Source of the DNA: Clostridia bacterium
GTDB taxonomy: Bacteria > Bacillota > Clostridia > Oscillospirales > Acutalibacteraceae
Assembly: GCA_900770165.1 (NCBI GenBank)
Contig: CAAGJJ010000037.1
Coordinates: 3,113 to 67,112, forward strand
Length of the DNA stretch: 64,000 nt
Direction of reading: 5' to 3'
The notes below the pieces were generated by a model. The model made no database searches, was not told where the DNA came from, and saw only the letters and a program-made list of their open reading frames with translations. The position numbers and the translations under genes are program-made. Positions 38,649 to 51,030 of this stretch are shown in pieces; the first letter of the stretch is position 1; each line of letters begins with the position of its first letter.

Positions 38649-39437
38649 ATGGTAAATCATTTAAAAGTACTAATTGCAGAAGACTGTGTCGAGTTTAATC
38701 AAAATAATTCAAATGTTTTTGATGGATATGGATTTGAATCGTACTTTATATCCAAAGATGGCATTAGAGTGATTGAAATGATTGAAGAAAAAAATCCTGA
38801 TGTAGTAATTATGGATCTGTTTATGCCAAGAGCAGATGCTATAGCTGTAATTAAGAAAGTGGCTAGAAATAATAAGATTAAAACTCCTGTGTTTATAGTG
38901 TTATCTAATTTTGCAAGTCCAGTTTTAGAAAAGGAAACTATGAAAGTTGGGGCATCTTATTTTGTAATTAAACCATTTAATCCTAAGGATTTAGCAGAAA
39001 GAATTTTACAATTTGCATCTATAAAGAAAATTGGCAATACAACTCGAAACGACTTTTTTACAAATAGCTCTGATACTATTAAAGACTTAGAGATGCGAGT
39101 AACAGAAATGTTACATCAAATAGGAGTTCCAGCACACATTAAAGGGTATCATTATTTAAGAAATTCTATTATTATGTCTGTTGAAAATCCAGAGATTATC
39201 AATGCTGTTACTAAACAACTTTATCCTGCTGTGGCAAAAAGTTTTTCTACCACTCCTTCAAGAGTTGAGAGGGCAATAAGACATGCTATTGAGGTGGCGT
39301 GGGATAGAGGAGATGTTGATATTTTAAATTCATATTTTGGTTATACAATACACAATGGACGTGGAAAACCAACTAACTCTGAGTTTATAGCTATGATAAG
39401 TGATAAACTTAGATTACAAGTTAAATCAGCCAGTTAA
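38649..39437 (+). CDS. spo0A: Sporulation master regulator Spo0A, with a divergent receiver domain
   Basis: The C-terminal effector domain carries the Spo0A-specific SRVERAIRHAIEVAW helix; the N-terminal REC domain has AED...MD. Confidence 0.85.
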   Translation: MVNHLKVLIAEDCVEFNQNNSNVFDGYGFESYFISKDGIRVIEMIEEKNPDVVIMDLFMPRADAIAVIKKVARNNKIKTPVFIVLSNFASPVLEKETMKVGASYFVIKPFNPKDLAERILQFASIKKIGNTTRNDFFTNSSDTIKDLEMRVTEMLHQIGVPAHIKGYHYLRNSIIMSVENPEIINAVTKQLYPAVAKSFSTTPSRVERAIRHAIEVAWDRGDVDILNSYFGYTIHNGRGKPTNSEFIAMISDKLRLQVKSAS

Positions 39438-39450
39438 AACATAATCTATA

Positions 39451-39500
39451 AAATGTTTCGCTATTCTCCAATAAAGACTAGGGAAACATTTTATTTTTTT
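39451..39500 (+). terminator. Terminator after spo0A
   Basis: aaatgtttc...gaaacattt stem followed by ttattttttttac. Confidence 0.6.
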
Positions 39501-39584
39501 TACAATATTACTAAAAAAGATAAAAATTTAAGTTTATAATAAAAATACACTTGATTTTTTTCTTAATAGTGTATAAAATATTAA

Positions 39585-39611
39585 TTAGCACTCGGACGGT
39601 ATGAGTGCTAA
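39585..39611 (+). promoter_or_regulatory. CIRCE element (HrcA operator)
   Basis: TTAGCACTC-ggacggtat-GAGTGCTAA is a perfect match to the CIRCE consensus, about 35 nt upstream of groES. Confidence 0.92.
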
Positions 39612-39630
39612 TTAAAAAACAGTTGCTTAA

Positions 39631-39930
<300 letters not shown>

Positions 39931-39961
39931 TAACTTTTATTGTTATATATATTTATTTTAA

Positions 39962-41620
<1,659 letters not shown>

Positions 41621-41649
41621 TAAGAATTATTGAGAATGCTTTCAATAAA

Positions 41650-41690
41650 AAATTGGTATTTATATTTCATAAATACCAATTTTTTTATTT
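41650..41690 (+). terminator. groESL terminator
   Basis: aattggtatttat-atttc-ataaataccaatt followed by a T-run. Confidence 0.85.
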
Positions 41691-41692
41691 AT

Positions 41693-41727
41693 ATATTAAA
41701 AGCCCAAGACAGATATTTTGTCTTGGA
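41693..41727 (-). terminator. Terminator of the nifS-nifU operon (minus strand)
   Basis: Minus-strand ccaagacaaaatatctgtcttgg followed by gctttt. Confidence 0.65.
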
Positions 41728-41738
41728 CTTAGTATTCT

Positions 41739-42182
41739 TTATCTATGTTCACATTCACATGAACCTGAATGACAATTATCACAAACTTCGCCTACTATTG
41801 CTATAGGATCAATTCCTTTTCTTTTATAATAATCTGATATAGCAGACTTAATTGCTTGTTCAGCTAAAACAGAACAATGAACTTTTACAGGAGGAAGTCC
41901 GTCTAATGCTTCCATTACTGCTTTATTCGTTAATTTTAAAGCTTCTTCAATTGACTTTCCTTTAATCAATTCAGTGGCCATTGAGCTTGTTGCAATAGCT
42001 GCACCACACCCAAAAGTTTTAAATTTAACTTCGGTAATTATGTTATCTTTTACCTTTATATACATTTTCATTATATCGCCACATTTAGGATTTCCTACTT
42101 CTCCAATACCGTCAGCATCTTGTATTTCTCCAACATTTCTTGGATTTGCAAAATGATCCATTACCTTTTCACTATAAGCCAT
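41739..42182 (-). CDS. nifU: Fe-S cluster assembly scaffold NifU/IscU
   Basis: Conserved Cys residues in GDIMKMYIKV...GCGAAIA. Confidence 0.88.
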   Translation of the reverse strand: MAYSEKVMDHFANPRNVGEIQDADGIGEVGNPKCGDIMKMYIKVKDNIITEVKFKTFGCGAAIATSSMATELIKGKSIEEALKLTNKAVMEALDGLPPVKVHCSVLAEQAIKSAISDYYKRKGIDPIAIVGEVCDNCHSGSCECEHR

Positions 42183-42251
42183 AATTCAAAGCATATGCAA
42201 TCTATTTTAAAATAAGACTGTATATGCAAAACCACCTTTCTATTTATATAT

Positions 42252-43439
42252 TTATTTTTGTTTTATTATTTTTTCCCATAAAGGAGACATCTGCCGTAAT
42301 CTATTAACTATTTTAGGTAAAACTTCAAGTATATAATTAACATCTTCTTCAGAGTTTTCATCACTTAGAGATATTCTTAATGATCCATGAGCTATTTCAT
42401 GTGGGAGTCCGATTGCTAGCAAAACATGACTAGGATCTAGTGAACCTGAGGTACAAGCTGATCCAGATGAGGCACAAATACCTTGCATATCAAGCATTAA
42501 TAGTAACGATTCACCTTCAATACCTTCAAAACAGAGATTCACATTTCCTGGTAATCGATGTGTTGTATCACCATTTAATCTTGAACGTTCTATATTTAAA
42601 GCTCCACTTATTAATTTATCTCTTAAACGAGATATTTTTCTGGAACGTTCTTCAATATTAGAACATGCTATTTTCATTGCAGTACTTAATCCTACAATTC
42701 CCGGAACATTTTCTGTACCAGCTCGTCTACCACGTTCTTGAGCTCCACCTTCTATAAGATTTCTAAGCTTAATTCCTTTGCGTATATATAATGCACCAAT
42801 GCCTTTAGGACCGTGAATTTTATGAGCAGATAAAGATAAAAGATCGATATTTTCTTCTTTTACATTAATAGGAGTATTACCAATAGCTTGAACAGCATCA
42901 GTATGAAATAAAACAGAGTGTTTTTTGCATATTTTACCTATTTCAGAAATAGGTTGAATTGTACCTATTTCATTATTGGCATACATTATGGAAACTAAAG
43001 CAGTGTTATCTTTTATAGCATTTTCTAATTCTTCAGGCCTGACTAAACCATTTTCATGTACATCTAGGTATGTTATCTCAAATCCTTCTTTTTTTAAGGA
43101 TTCAACTGTATGCAAAACTGCATGGTGCTCAAAGGCTGTTGTAATAATATGTTTTTTCCCTTTTAAGGCTTGTTCATACGCAACTCCTTTTATGGCCCAG
43201 TTATCAGCTTCACTGCCTCCAGAAGTAAAAAAGATTTCTGCAGGTAATGCATTTAAACATTTAGCTATATCTTCTCTAGCGGTTTCAACTGCTTTTTTTG
43301 CTTCTCTTCCCATAGAATACAGGCTAGATGGATTTCCATATTTACTAGTATAATATGGAGTCATACTATCCAATACATCTTTAGAAACTGCAGTTGTAGC
43401 TGCATTATCAACATAAACAAAGCGAGACATATTTACCAC
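42252..43439 (-). CDS. nifS: Cysteine desulfurase NifS/IscS (PLP-dependent)
   Basis: [13 protein letters not shown]-lysine motif and the SSGSACTS active-site Cys loop. Confidence 0.9.
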   Translation of the reverse strand: MVNMSRFVYVDNAATTAVSKDVLDSMTPYYTSKYGNPSSLYSMGREAKKAVETAREDIAKCLNALPAEIFFTSGGSEADNWAIKGVAYEQALKGKKHIITTAFEHHAVLHTVESLKKEGFEITYLDVHENGLVRPEELENAIKDNTALVSIMYANNEIGTIQPISEIGKICKKHSVLFHTDAVQAIGNTPINVKEENIDLLSLSAHKIHGPKGIGALYIRKGIKLRNLIEGGAQERGRRAGTENVPGIVGLSTAMKIACSNIEERSRKISRLRDKLISGALNIERSRLNGDTTHRLPGNVNLCFEGIEGESLLLMLDMQGICASSGSACTSGSLDPSHVLLAIGLPHEIAHGSLRISLSDENSEEDVNYILEVLPKIVNRLRQMSPLWEKIIKQK

Positions 43440-43597
43440 CTTTATAATTTTATTTAAGATTAGATTTTGCTTAAGCTATCTTTAATATACACCAAAAGAG
43501 TATAATTTACAATAGATTTTTATTTTTGGTATGTAGTTTTTATATAACAAATATATTCTATGTGAAATAATATAAACTATTAGTGCAAATATAATAA

Positions 43598-44038
43598 TTA
43601 TGTTTTTAAACTTTTAGCTGCTTCAACAGCTAGAGCGTCACATCTTTCATTTTCTGGATGGCCAGCATGTCCCTTTACCCATACCAGCTCAACTTTGTGA
43701 TTTTCTATTAATGCTAAAAGTTTTTTCCATAAATCCGCATTCAAAGCAGGTTCTTTTTTATTTCTCATCCATCCTTTAGCTTCCCAACTTTTTGCCCAAC
43801 CTTTTGTTATTGCATTACACACATATTGAGAGTCGCTGTATATAGTTATGTCGCAAGGTTCTTTTAATAGTTTTAATGCTTCAATAACTGCGGTAATTTC
43901 CATTCTATTATTTGTAGTATTTTCATATCTGCCAGAAATTTCCTTTTTATGTCCATTATATTTTAAAATAGCACCGTATCCTCCTATTCCAGGGTTCCCG
44001 AGACAAGCGCCGTCTGTATATATTTCAACTTTCTTCAA
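43598..44038 (-). CDS. rnhA: Ribonuclease HI
   Basis: The [18 protein letters not shown]-terminus; 146 aa. Confidence 0.88.
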   Translation of the reverse strand: MKKVEIYTDGACLGNPGIGGYGAILKYNGHKKEISGRYENTTNNRMEITAVIEALKLLKEPCDITIYSDSQYVCNAITKGWAKSWEAKGWMRNKKEPALNADLWKKLLALIENHKVELVWVKGHAGHPENERCDALAVEAAKSLKT

Positions 44039-44169
44039 TTATATCCCTCCCAATAATTTACAAAACTATTATATCATACTTAAATGTGCGTAACAAATAA
44101 CAATTATGATAAAATGTAAAAAAAATATTGAAAGTTTCTTGAAAGTATGATAAAATATATAAGCATTTG

Positions 44170-44275
44170 GATACTATTGGCTTAACCGATGGGGTCTGAT
44201 GCCCGGTTGTACCGAGACATTAGAGCTGGCAGTCCTCTGTCACATATTTTTGTGGTATGAATGCCTGAATTTTAG
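44170..44275 (+). ncRNA. rplS (L19) leader RNA element
   Basis: A GC-rich structured segment (ccgatggggtctgatgcccggttgtaccgagacattagagctggcagtcctctgtcac) immediately upstream of rplS, as in the Firmicute L19 leader. Confidence 0.6.
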
Positions 44276-44284
44276 GAGGAAAAA

Positions 44285-44629
44285 ATGAACGCATTAAAAC
44301 TTATTGCTGAAGATTCTATTAAGAAAGAGTTACCAGAATTTAATATTGGTGATACTGTAAGAGTTCACGTAAATATTAGAGAAGGTGAAAGAGAAAGAAT
44401 CCAGATGTTCGAAGGAACAGTTATTGCACGAAAAGGAAGCGGAGTTGCTGAAACTTTTACAGTAAGACGTGTTTCTTATGGTGTAGGTGTTGAAAGAGTA
44501 TTTCCTATTCATTCTCCGAACGTACAAGGTGTTGACGTAATTAGAAAAGGTCGTGTACGTAGAAGTAAGCTATATTACTTACGTGGAAGAGTTGGAAAAG
44601 CAGCTAAAGTTAAAGAGCAAATTCGCTAA
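44285..44629 (+). CDS. rplS: 50S ribosomal protein L19
   Basis: 114 aa; conserved GDTVRVHV and FEGTVIA motifs. Confidence 0.95.
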   Translation: MNALKLIAEDSIKKELPEFNIGDTVRVHVNIREGERERIQMFEGTVIARKGSGVAETFTVRRVSYGVGVERVFPIHSPNVQGVDVIRKGRVRRSKLYYLRGRVGKAAKVKEQIR

Positions 44630-44637
44630 GTAGTTAT

Positions 44638-44660
44638 AAGGGACGTTAGTCCCTTTTTTG
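44638..44660 (+). terminator. rplS terminator
   Basis: aagggacgttagtccctt followed by ttttg. Confidence 0.85.
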
Positions 44661-44689
44661 CTATTTAATGGGGTAACAGGAGTGTTCTT

Positions 44690-45262
44690 TTGAGATATTA
44701 TGAATATCATTTTACAGATAAAGTATATATACATAGATCAAGGTTTGTGAAAATTTTTTTCGAATGTTTTGAATCAACAATTATTGCATTAGTGTCATCT
44801 TTTTTAATTCTTACTTTTATAGTCAGGTCAGTAAGTGTTTCAGGAACTTCAATGCTCGATACTCTAAAAGATGGAGATAGATTAATTGTAACAAATTTAT
44901 TTTATACTCCTTCCAATGGAGATGTAGTTGTTATAAGTCATGGTCAGCATTATGATAAGCCAATTATAAAAAGAATAATTGCTACTGGGGGACAAACATT
45001 AAGTATAAATTTTAATAGTGGGGATGTATTTGTTGACGGAGAAAAAATATATGAACCATATATTAAAAATCTTACAACAAAACCTGGAGATACAGAAATA
45101 CCCAAAATTATTCCTAAAGGATATATATTTGTAATGGGAGATAATAGAGATGATTCGCATGATAGTAGATATTATGATGTTGGTTTAATTGATGAAGTAA
45201 ATATTTTGGGGAAAGCAGAATTTATTGTTTCACCATTTAATAGAATAAGGAGAATATATTAG
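44690..45262 (+). CDS. lepB: Signal peptidase I (paralog 1; TTG start)
   Basis: SGTSM catalytic Ser motif, KRIIA, and GDNRDDSHDSR boxes. Confidence 0.85.
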   Translation: MRYYEYHFTDKVYIHRSRFVKIFFECFESTIIALVSSFLILTFIVRSVSVSGTSMLDTLKDGDRLIVTNLFYTPSNGDVVVISHGQHYDKPIIKRIIATGGQTLSINFNSGDVFVDGEKIYEPYIKNLTTKPGDTEIPKIIPKGYIFVMGDNRDDSHDSRYYDVGLIDEVNILGKAEFIVSPFNRIRRIY

Positions 45263-45289
45263 ATAATATTTTTATAGGAGGTATGTGAA

Positions 45290-45859
45290 ATGGAAGATAA
45301 TAAAGACAAAGAGTTAGATGAGAAAATAGAAAGAACGGAGTTTACAAAGTCATGTTTTGAGTGGGTGGAATCTTTAATTCCAGCATTAATAGTATCAGTG
45401 TTAATACTTACGTTTGTATTTAGAATTGTAACTGTTAACGGCTCTTCCATGGAAAACACTCTTCTTCATGGAGATAAATTAATAGTTAGAAATCTTTTTT
45501 ATAAACCTTCTAATGGAGATATTGTTGTTGTGGGCCCTATGTGGGGATTAGATGAACATATAATTATTAAAAGAGTAATCGCAAAAGGTGGTCAAACATT
45601 CGATATTAATTTTGATACAGGTGAAGTTACAGTGGATGGCGTTGTTCTTGATGAACCATACATTAAGGAGATTACTAGACTGAAGGAAGGTGGAGAGATC
45701 CCTAGTGTTATTCCTGAAGGCTACTTCTTTGTTATGGGAGATAATAGAAATCATTCGAGTGACAGTAGATCTTATAAAGTAGGCTTAGTTTCAGAAGACC
45801 AGATAGTTGGAAAAGCTGAATTTATTCTCTTTCCTTTTAATAGAATCGGGAAAATTTAA
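45290..45859 (+). CDS. lepB: Signal peptidase I (paralog 2)
   Basis: NGSSM, KRVIA and GDNRNHSSDSR boxes. Confidence 0.88.
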   Translation: MEDNKDKELDEKIERTEFTKSCFEWVESLIPALIVSVLILTFVFRIVTVNGSSMENTLLHGDKLIVRNLFYKPSNGDIVVVGPMWGLDEHIIIKRVIAKGGQTFDINFDTGEVTVDGVVLDEPYIKEITRLKEGGEIPSVIPEGYFFVMGDNRNHSSDSRSYKVGLVSEDQIVGKAEFILFPFNRIGKI

Positions 45860-45944
45860 TAATTGTACTCGGTTTATAGCGTGAAAAGGAAGTGATTTTA
45901 TAAACGAGAATAATAGAGCAAATATTAATTGGTTTCCAGGTCAT

Positions 45945-46775
45945 ATGACAAAGGCAAAAAGAAAAATAGAACAAGATATAAAATTGGTTGATGCTGTTAC
46001 TGAAATTATTGATGCAAGAATACCAGTGAGCAGTAGAAATCCTATTTTAGATCAAATAATAAAATCAAAACCAAGAATTATATTGTTAAATAAATGTGAT
46101 ATGGCAGACCCAAACCAAACATTAAACTGGATAAAATATTATAAAAATGAAAATATAACAGCTATTGCTGTTGATTGTAAAACAGGAAAAGGATTAAATT
46201 TATTTTTACCTTCAGTTAATTCTGCTTTAAAAGATAAATTAGAAATATGGAAGTCTAAAGGTATAGTTAGAAAAAATGTTAGAATTATGGTTGTAGGAAT
46301 ACCTAATGTTGGTAAATCGTCGTTTATTAATAAAATGTCTAAAGGAACTAAGGCTAAAGTTGAGGACAGACCAGGTGTAACAAGGGGAAATCAATGGTTT
46401 TCTATAGGAAAAGGCTATGAATTATTAGATACCCCTGGTGTTTTATGGCCTAAATTTGATGATCCGACGGTTGGTGAAAAATTGGCATTTACAGGTGCAA
46501 TTAAAGACCAGGTTATTGATATTGAACTATTGGCAGTTAAAATTTTAGAATTGCTACGTGATGAGTATAAAAATGAATTGGTAGAAAGGTATAGACTTAA
46601 AAAAGAGGATATATCTAATTTTACAGGTTATGAATTACTTGAATTAATAGGTAAGAAAAGAGGCATGCTTATTTCCAGAGGCGAAATAGATACTGCAAGA
46701 GCTTCTACTATGATTTTAGATGAATTTAGAGCAGGAAAGTTGGGAAGAATAACTCTTGAAAGGGTTAAGGATTAA
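45945..46775 (+). CDS. rbgA: Ribosome biogenesis GTPase A (YlqF)
   Basis: Circularly permuted GTPase: NKCD precedes GIPNVGKSS. Confidence 0.88.
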   Translation: MTKAKRKIEQDIKLVDAVTEIIDARIPVSSRNPILDQIIKSKPRIILLNKCDMADPNQTLNWIKYYKNENITAIAVDCKTGKGLNLFLPSVNSALKDKLEIWKSKGIVRKNVRIMVVGIPNVGKSSFINKMSKGTKAKVEDRPGVTRGNQWFSIGKGYELLDTPGVLWPKFDDPTVGEKLAFTGAIKDQVIDIELLAVKILELLRDEYKNELVERYRLKKEDISNFTGYELLELIGKKRGMLISRGEIDTARASTMILDEFRAGKLGRITLERVKD

Positions 46776-47383
46776 TGGATTGGTTAATGTATGAAAATGA
46801 ATGTATAAATAATGGATATAATTTAGTATGTGGTGTTGATGAAGCAGGAAGGGGCCCCTTAGCGGGTCCTGTTTTTGCTGCATCGGTAATATTTCCAGTT
46901 AATACTATTATTGAAGGTATTAATGATTCTAAAAAAATTAGTGAAAAAAAGAGAGAAAGATTATTTGAAATAATAAAGCAAAAAGCCCTAGCTTATTCGA
47001 TTGCATATGCGACAGAAGAAGAAATTGATGAGATTAATATATTAAATGCTACTTTTCTTGCAATGTCAAGAGCTGTAGAAGGACTTAAAGTAAAGCCAGA
47101 TATTGCGTTAATAGATGGTAATAAATCACCTGAGCTTAATATTCCCACTATGTGTATTATAAAAGGCGATGCAAAATCACAATCTATTGCTGCAGCATCT
47201 ATTTTGGCAAAAGTTGGTAGAGATAGATTAATGAAAGAATTATCGCTAAAATATCCTGAATATCAGTTTGAAAAACATAAGGGATATGGTACAGCACTTC
47301 ACAGGGAATTAATAAAAAAATATGGATGCTGTCCTATTCATAGAAAAACATTTCTAAAAAAAATATTGAGTAATTGTGTATGA
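46775..47383 (+). CDS. rnhB: Ribonuclease HII
   Basis: VCGVDEAGRGPLAGPV N-terminal motif. Confidence 0.9.
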   Translation: MDWLMYENECINNGYNLVCGVDEAGRGPLAGPVFAASVIFPVNTIIEGINDSKKISEKKRERLFEIIKQKALAYSIAYATEEEIDEINILNATFLAMSRAVEGLKVKPDIALIDGNKSPELNIPTMCIIKGDAKSQSIAAASILAKVGRDRLMKELSLKYPEYQFEKHKGYGTALHRELIKKYGCCPIHRKTFLKKILSNCV

Positions 47384-47754
47384 ATACAAGAAAAGTAGGG
47401 TACATAGGGGAAAATATAGCAGAAAAGTATTTAAAATCAAAAGGATACAATACATTATGCGTGAACTATTATTGCAAGTATGGTGAAATAGACATAATTT
47501 CTTGTAAAGATAAATATATTATATTTGTTGAAGTAAAAATGAGGAAATCAAATTTATATTCAACACCTGCTCAGGCGGTTAACACGAAAAAACAAAAGAA
47601 AATAATAAATTCTGCTTTAGACTATATTGTTAATAATAACGTTGAACTCCAACCAAGATTTGATGTTATAGAGATAATTAAAAATGAGAAAGATGTTAAA
47701 ATTAACCATATTATTAATGCTTTTTGGCAGGAGGAAGATAATGCATCTTTTTGA
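47374..47754 (+). CDS. yraN: YraN-family (UPF0102) endonuclease
   Basis: 126 aa with the GEIDII...VEVK PD-(D/E)xK-like pattern. Confidence 0.8.
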   Translation: MCMNTRKVGYIGENIAEKYLKSKGYNTLCVNYYCKYGEIDIISCKDKYIIFVEVKMRKSNLYSTPAQAVNTKKQKKIINSALDYIVNNNVELQPRFDVIEIIKNEKDVKINHIINAFWQEEDNASF

Positions 47755-48667
47755 TTTACATTGTGATACCTTATATAGAAGTGTAATGGAAAATAAAGGC
47801 TTATTGAAAAATGATTTCCAAATTTCGTTACAAAAGGGCAAAAAATTTGATTCTTGGGTCGAATGTTTTGCTATTTGGATTTCTGATGATTTAACAGGAC
47901 AAGAAGCATCTGATTTTTTTGATAATGCAATTAGGAATTTTAAAGAAGAACAGAATTTAAATTCTGAATACATAAAACAACTTTATAATGTAAATGAATA
48001 TCAAAAAGAAAACAGTAATGGTAAATGTGCAGCTATACTTACGCTTGAAGGGTCGAAAGCTTTAAATGGCGATTTGAACAAAGTTAGTTATATGAAAGAG
48101 TGTAGCATTAAAGCTATTACGTTAACATGGAATGGAGATTGTGATATTGGAAGTGGCTGTAAGGTATTAAATCCTGTTGGCCTTACACAATTTGGAAAAG
48201 ATGTTATTTCTCTTATGAACGAATATTCTATAATTCCAGATGTTTCTCATGCTAGTGACAAACTTTTTTATGATGTTGTGAATTTTAGCAAAAAACCGAT
48301 AATTGCTACTCATTCAAATTCTAGAAAGATATGCAATAATGTACGAAATTTAACTGATGATCAATTTAAAATAATAAGATCAATGAATGGTATAGTTGGA
48401 ATTAATTTTTGTAAAGATTTTTTAAATAGTAACGATAATGCTAATTTTTTAGATATAAGAAAACATGTAGAGCATTTTTTATCTTTGTCTGGAGAAAAAA
48501 CATTATGTATTGGTAGTGATTTTGATGGTGCTGATATGCCAGAGTGCATAAAAGATATAGAATCTATTTTATCGCTTTATGATTATTTTTTAGATTGTGG
48601 ATATGAAAGATCACTTTTGGATGACATATTTTTTAATAATGCTTATAATTTTTTTATGAATTATTGA
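47741..48667 (+). CDS. Peptidase M19-family dipeptidase; start taken at MHLFDLHCDT
   Basis: FDLHCDT and THSNSRKICNNVRNLTDD resemble the M19 metal-binding motifs; RBS aggagg. Confidence 0.6.
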   Translation: MHLFDLHCDTLYRSVMENKGLLKNDFQISLQKGKKFDSWVECFAIWISDDLTGQEASDFFDNAIRNFKEEQNLNSEYIKQLYNVNEYQKENSNGKCAAILTLEGSKALNGDLNKVSYMKECSIKAITLTWNGDCDIGSGCKVLNPVGLTQFGKDVISLMNEYSIIPDVSHASDKLFYDVVNFSKKPIIATHSNSRKICNNVRNLTDDQFKIIRSMNGIVGINFCKDFLNSNDNANFLDIRKHVEHFLSLSGEKTLCIGSDFDGADMPECIKDIESILSLYDYFLDCGYERSLLDDIFFNNAYNFFMNY

Positions 48668-48703
48668 TTGTATTAATCTATATCAAATTAAGGGAGGTTG
48701 AAT

Positions 48704-50230
48704 ATGAAATATAAAAGTACTAGAGATAGTTCTATTAGCTTGAACTCGAAATATGCAATTGCTAAAGGAATATCTGAGGAAGGTGGCCTTTATGTACCTT
48801 GCAGTTTTCCAAAATATTCTCATGAGAATTTGGATAAAATGAAGATGCTTAATTATAAAAGTAGAGCAAAGTTTATATTAAAAGACTTTCTAACAGATTT
48901 TAGTGATGCCGAGTTGATAGATTGTATTGAAAGTGCTTATTCAGGGGAAAAGTTTGATTTAGATAATCCTGCACCTGTTTTTTTAGGACAGAATAGCAAT
49001 AAAAATATTTACATATTAGAGTTATGGCATGGACCGACATTGGCATTCAAAGATATTGCACTACAGATTTTACCACATCTCTTAACAAAATCATTTTCAG
49101 AAGTATATAAAGGCAAAAGGGCTATTATTCCTGTTGCAACGTCTGGAGATACAGGAAAAGCAGCTATGGAAGGTTTTAAGAATGTAGATGGTACAGATGT
49201 TATAGTATTTTATCCTGAAGATGGTGTGAGCTTTATTCAAAAAAAGCAAATGCTTACGCAGAAAGGAAAAAATGTATTCGTATGTGGAGTAAAAGGCAAT
49301 TTTGACGATGCTCAAAGCGCAATAAAAAATATTTTTACGAATAAAACGGTTAATGAAGCACTTTCTAATAAAGGCATGATATTTTCTAGTGCGAATTCTA
49401 TTAATTTAGGTCGGCTTCTTCCTCAGATCGTTTATTATTTTTCCGCGTACTGCGATCTTATGAATAATGGAAAAATTAATTTTAAAGGAGAAAAGGTTAA
49501 TATAGTTGTTCCAACAGGTAATTTTGGCAACATATTAGCAGCTTATTATGCAAAAAGAATGGGTCTTCCAATTAATAAGCTTATTTGTGCATCGAATTCT
49601 AATAATGTATTAGATGATTTTATAAGAACTGGAATTTATAACAGGAATCGTCATCTATATACAACAATATCTCCGTCTATGGATATACTTGTTTCTAGTA
49701 ACTTAGAAAGACTCTTGTACCATTTAACAGATGATAGTGATACTAAAACAAAACATTGGATGGAACAACTTAGACTTTATGGTAAGTATGAAATTGATCA
49801 ACAGACCAAAGGTAAAGTTCAGGATATATTTTATAGTGATTTTTGCAATGAAAATGAGACGAAAAATTATATTAGGATGATGTTTGAAAATGAGAATTAC
49901 CTTTGCGATCCACACACAGCAGTTGCTGTTGGGGTATATGATAAATATATTTCAGTTACCAACGATAAAGATACCCCTACTATAATAGTTTCAACAGCTA
50001 GTCCATATAAATTTGCAGAAAGTGTTTTATTATCAATTTCAAATAGAACACGCACTTATAACAATCAGTTTGAAGTAATACAATATTTAAGTACATTAAG
50101 TGGAACTAGAATACCAGTATCAATAGAAAATTTATTTGCTAAAAATATAATTTTTAAAAATATATGCAATAAAAATTCTATTCTTAATATGATATTAAAA
50201 TATTTGGAATTGGATATTGAAGAGGTGTAA
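48704..50230 (+). CDS. thrC: Threonine synthase (long form)
   Basis: KYKSTRD N-terminus; PLP-lysine region GPTLAFKD; about 508 aa. Confidence 0.85.
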   Translation: MKYKSTRDSSISLNSKYAIAKGISEEGGLYVPCSFPKYSHENLDKMKMLNYKSRAKFILKDFLTDFSDAELIDCIESAYSGEKFDLDNPAPVFLGQNSNKNIYILELWHGPTLAFKDIALQILPHLLTKSFSEVYKGKRAIIPVATSGDTGKAAMEGFKNVDGTDVIVFYPEDGVSFIQKKQMLTQKGKNVFVCGVKGNFDDAQSAIKNIFTNKTVNEALSNKGMIFSSANSINLGRLLPQIVYYFSAYCDLMNNGKINFKGEKVNIVVPTGNFGNILAAYYAKRMGLPINKLICASNSNNVLDDFIRTGIYNRNRHLYTTISPSMDILVSSNLERLLYHLTDDSDTKTKHWMEQLRLYGKYEIDQQTKGKVQDIFYSDFCNENETKNYIRMMFENENYLCDPHTAVAVGVYDKYISVTNDKDTPTIIVSTASPYKFAESVLLSISNRTRTYNNQFEVIQYLSTLSGTRIPVSIENLFAKNIIFKNICNKNSILNMILKYLELDIEEV

Positions 50231-50235
50231 AATCC

Positions 50236-50925
50236 ATGTCGCTGTTTACTATTGGAGATCTGCATCTTTCATTCGGTCACAGTAAACCAATGGATATATT
50301 CCCAGGTTGGAACAACTATACGGACAGATTAAAGAAAAATTGGGAAAGTATTGTTTCAGATAACGATACAGTTGTTATAGTGGGAGATATCTCCTGGGCA
50401 ATGAAATTAGAAGATGCAAAGGAAGATTTTAAATTTATTAATGAGCTTCCAGGAAAAAAGATAATTTTAAAGGGAAATCATGACTATTGGTGGACAACAA
50501 GAAAGAAAATGGATGAATTTTTAAGTCGTAATTCATTTGATTCTATAAATATATTGTTTAATTGTTCATATAAAGTAGATAAATTTGCTATTTGTGGGAC
50601 TAGAGGTTGGTTTTACGATGCAGAAACAGATGAGGACAGAAAAATATTAAATAGAGAAGTAGGAAGGCTTAGCACTTCTATAAATGAAGCAATTAAGTTA
50701 GGAGGAGAGGTGGTAGCATTTTTACATTATCCTCCAGTATATGCAGGCGATGAATGTTCTGAAATTATAAATTTGCTTCTTGATAAGAATATAAAAAAAT
50801 GTTACTATGGTCATATTCATGGAAATATTGCGCATAAAAGGGCAGTAACTGGAATATATAAAGGAATTGATTTTAAAATGGTTTCTGGCGATTTTATTAA
50901 TTTTATGCCTGTTTTGGTTAGATAA
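50236..50925 (+). CDS. Calcineurin-like metallophosphoesterase
   Basis: GDLHL, GDIS and GNHD motifs. Confidence 0.75.
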   Translation: MSLFTIGDLHLSFGHSKPMDIFPGWNNYTDRLKKNWESIVSDNDTVVIVGDISWAMKLEDAKEDFKFINELPGKKIILKGNHDYWWTTRKKMDEFLSRNSFDSINILFNCSYKVDKFAICGTRGWFYDAETDEDRKILNREVGRLSTSINEAIKLGGEVVAFLHYPPVYAGDECSEIINLLLDKNIKKCYYGHIHGNIAHKRAVTGIYKGIDFKMVSGDFINFMPVLVR

Positions 50926-51030
50926 ATTTTTTATATTAAATTTCAACTTTTTATAGAAAAATATTTGGTTATATGATATAATGAACCAAATATATATATT
51001 ATATATTGTATTTCAGGAGGTTAAAAACAA

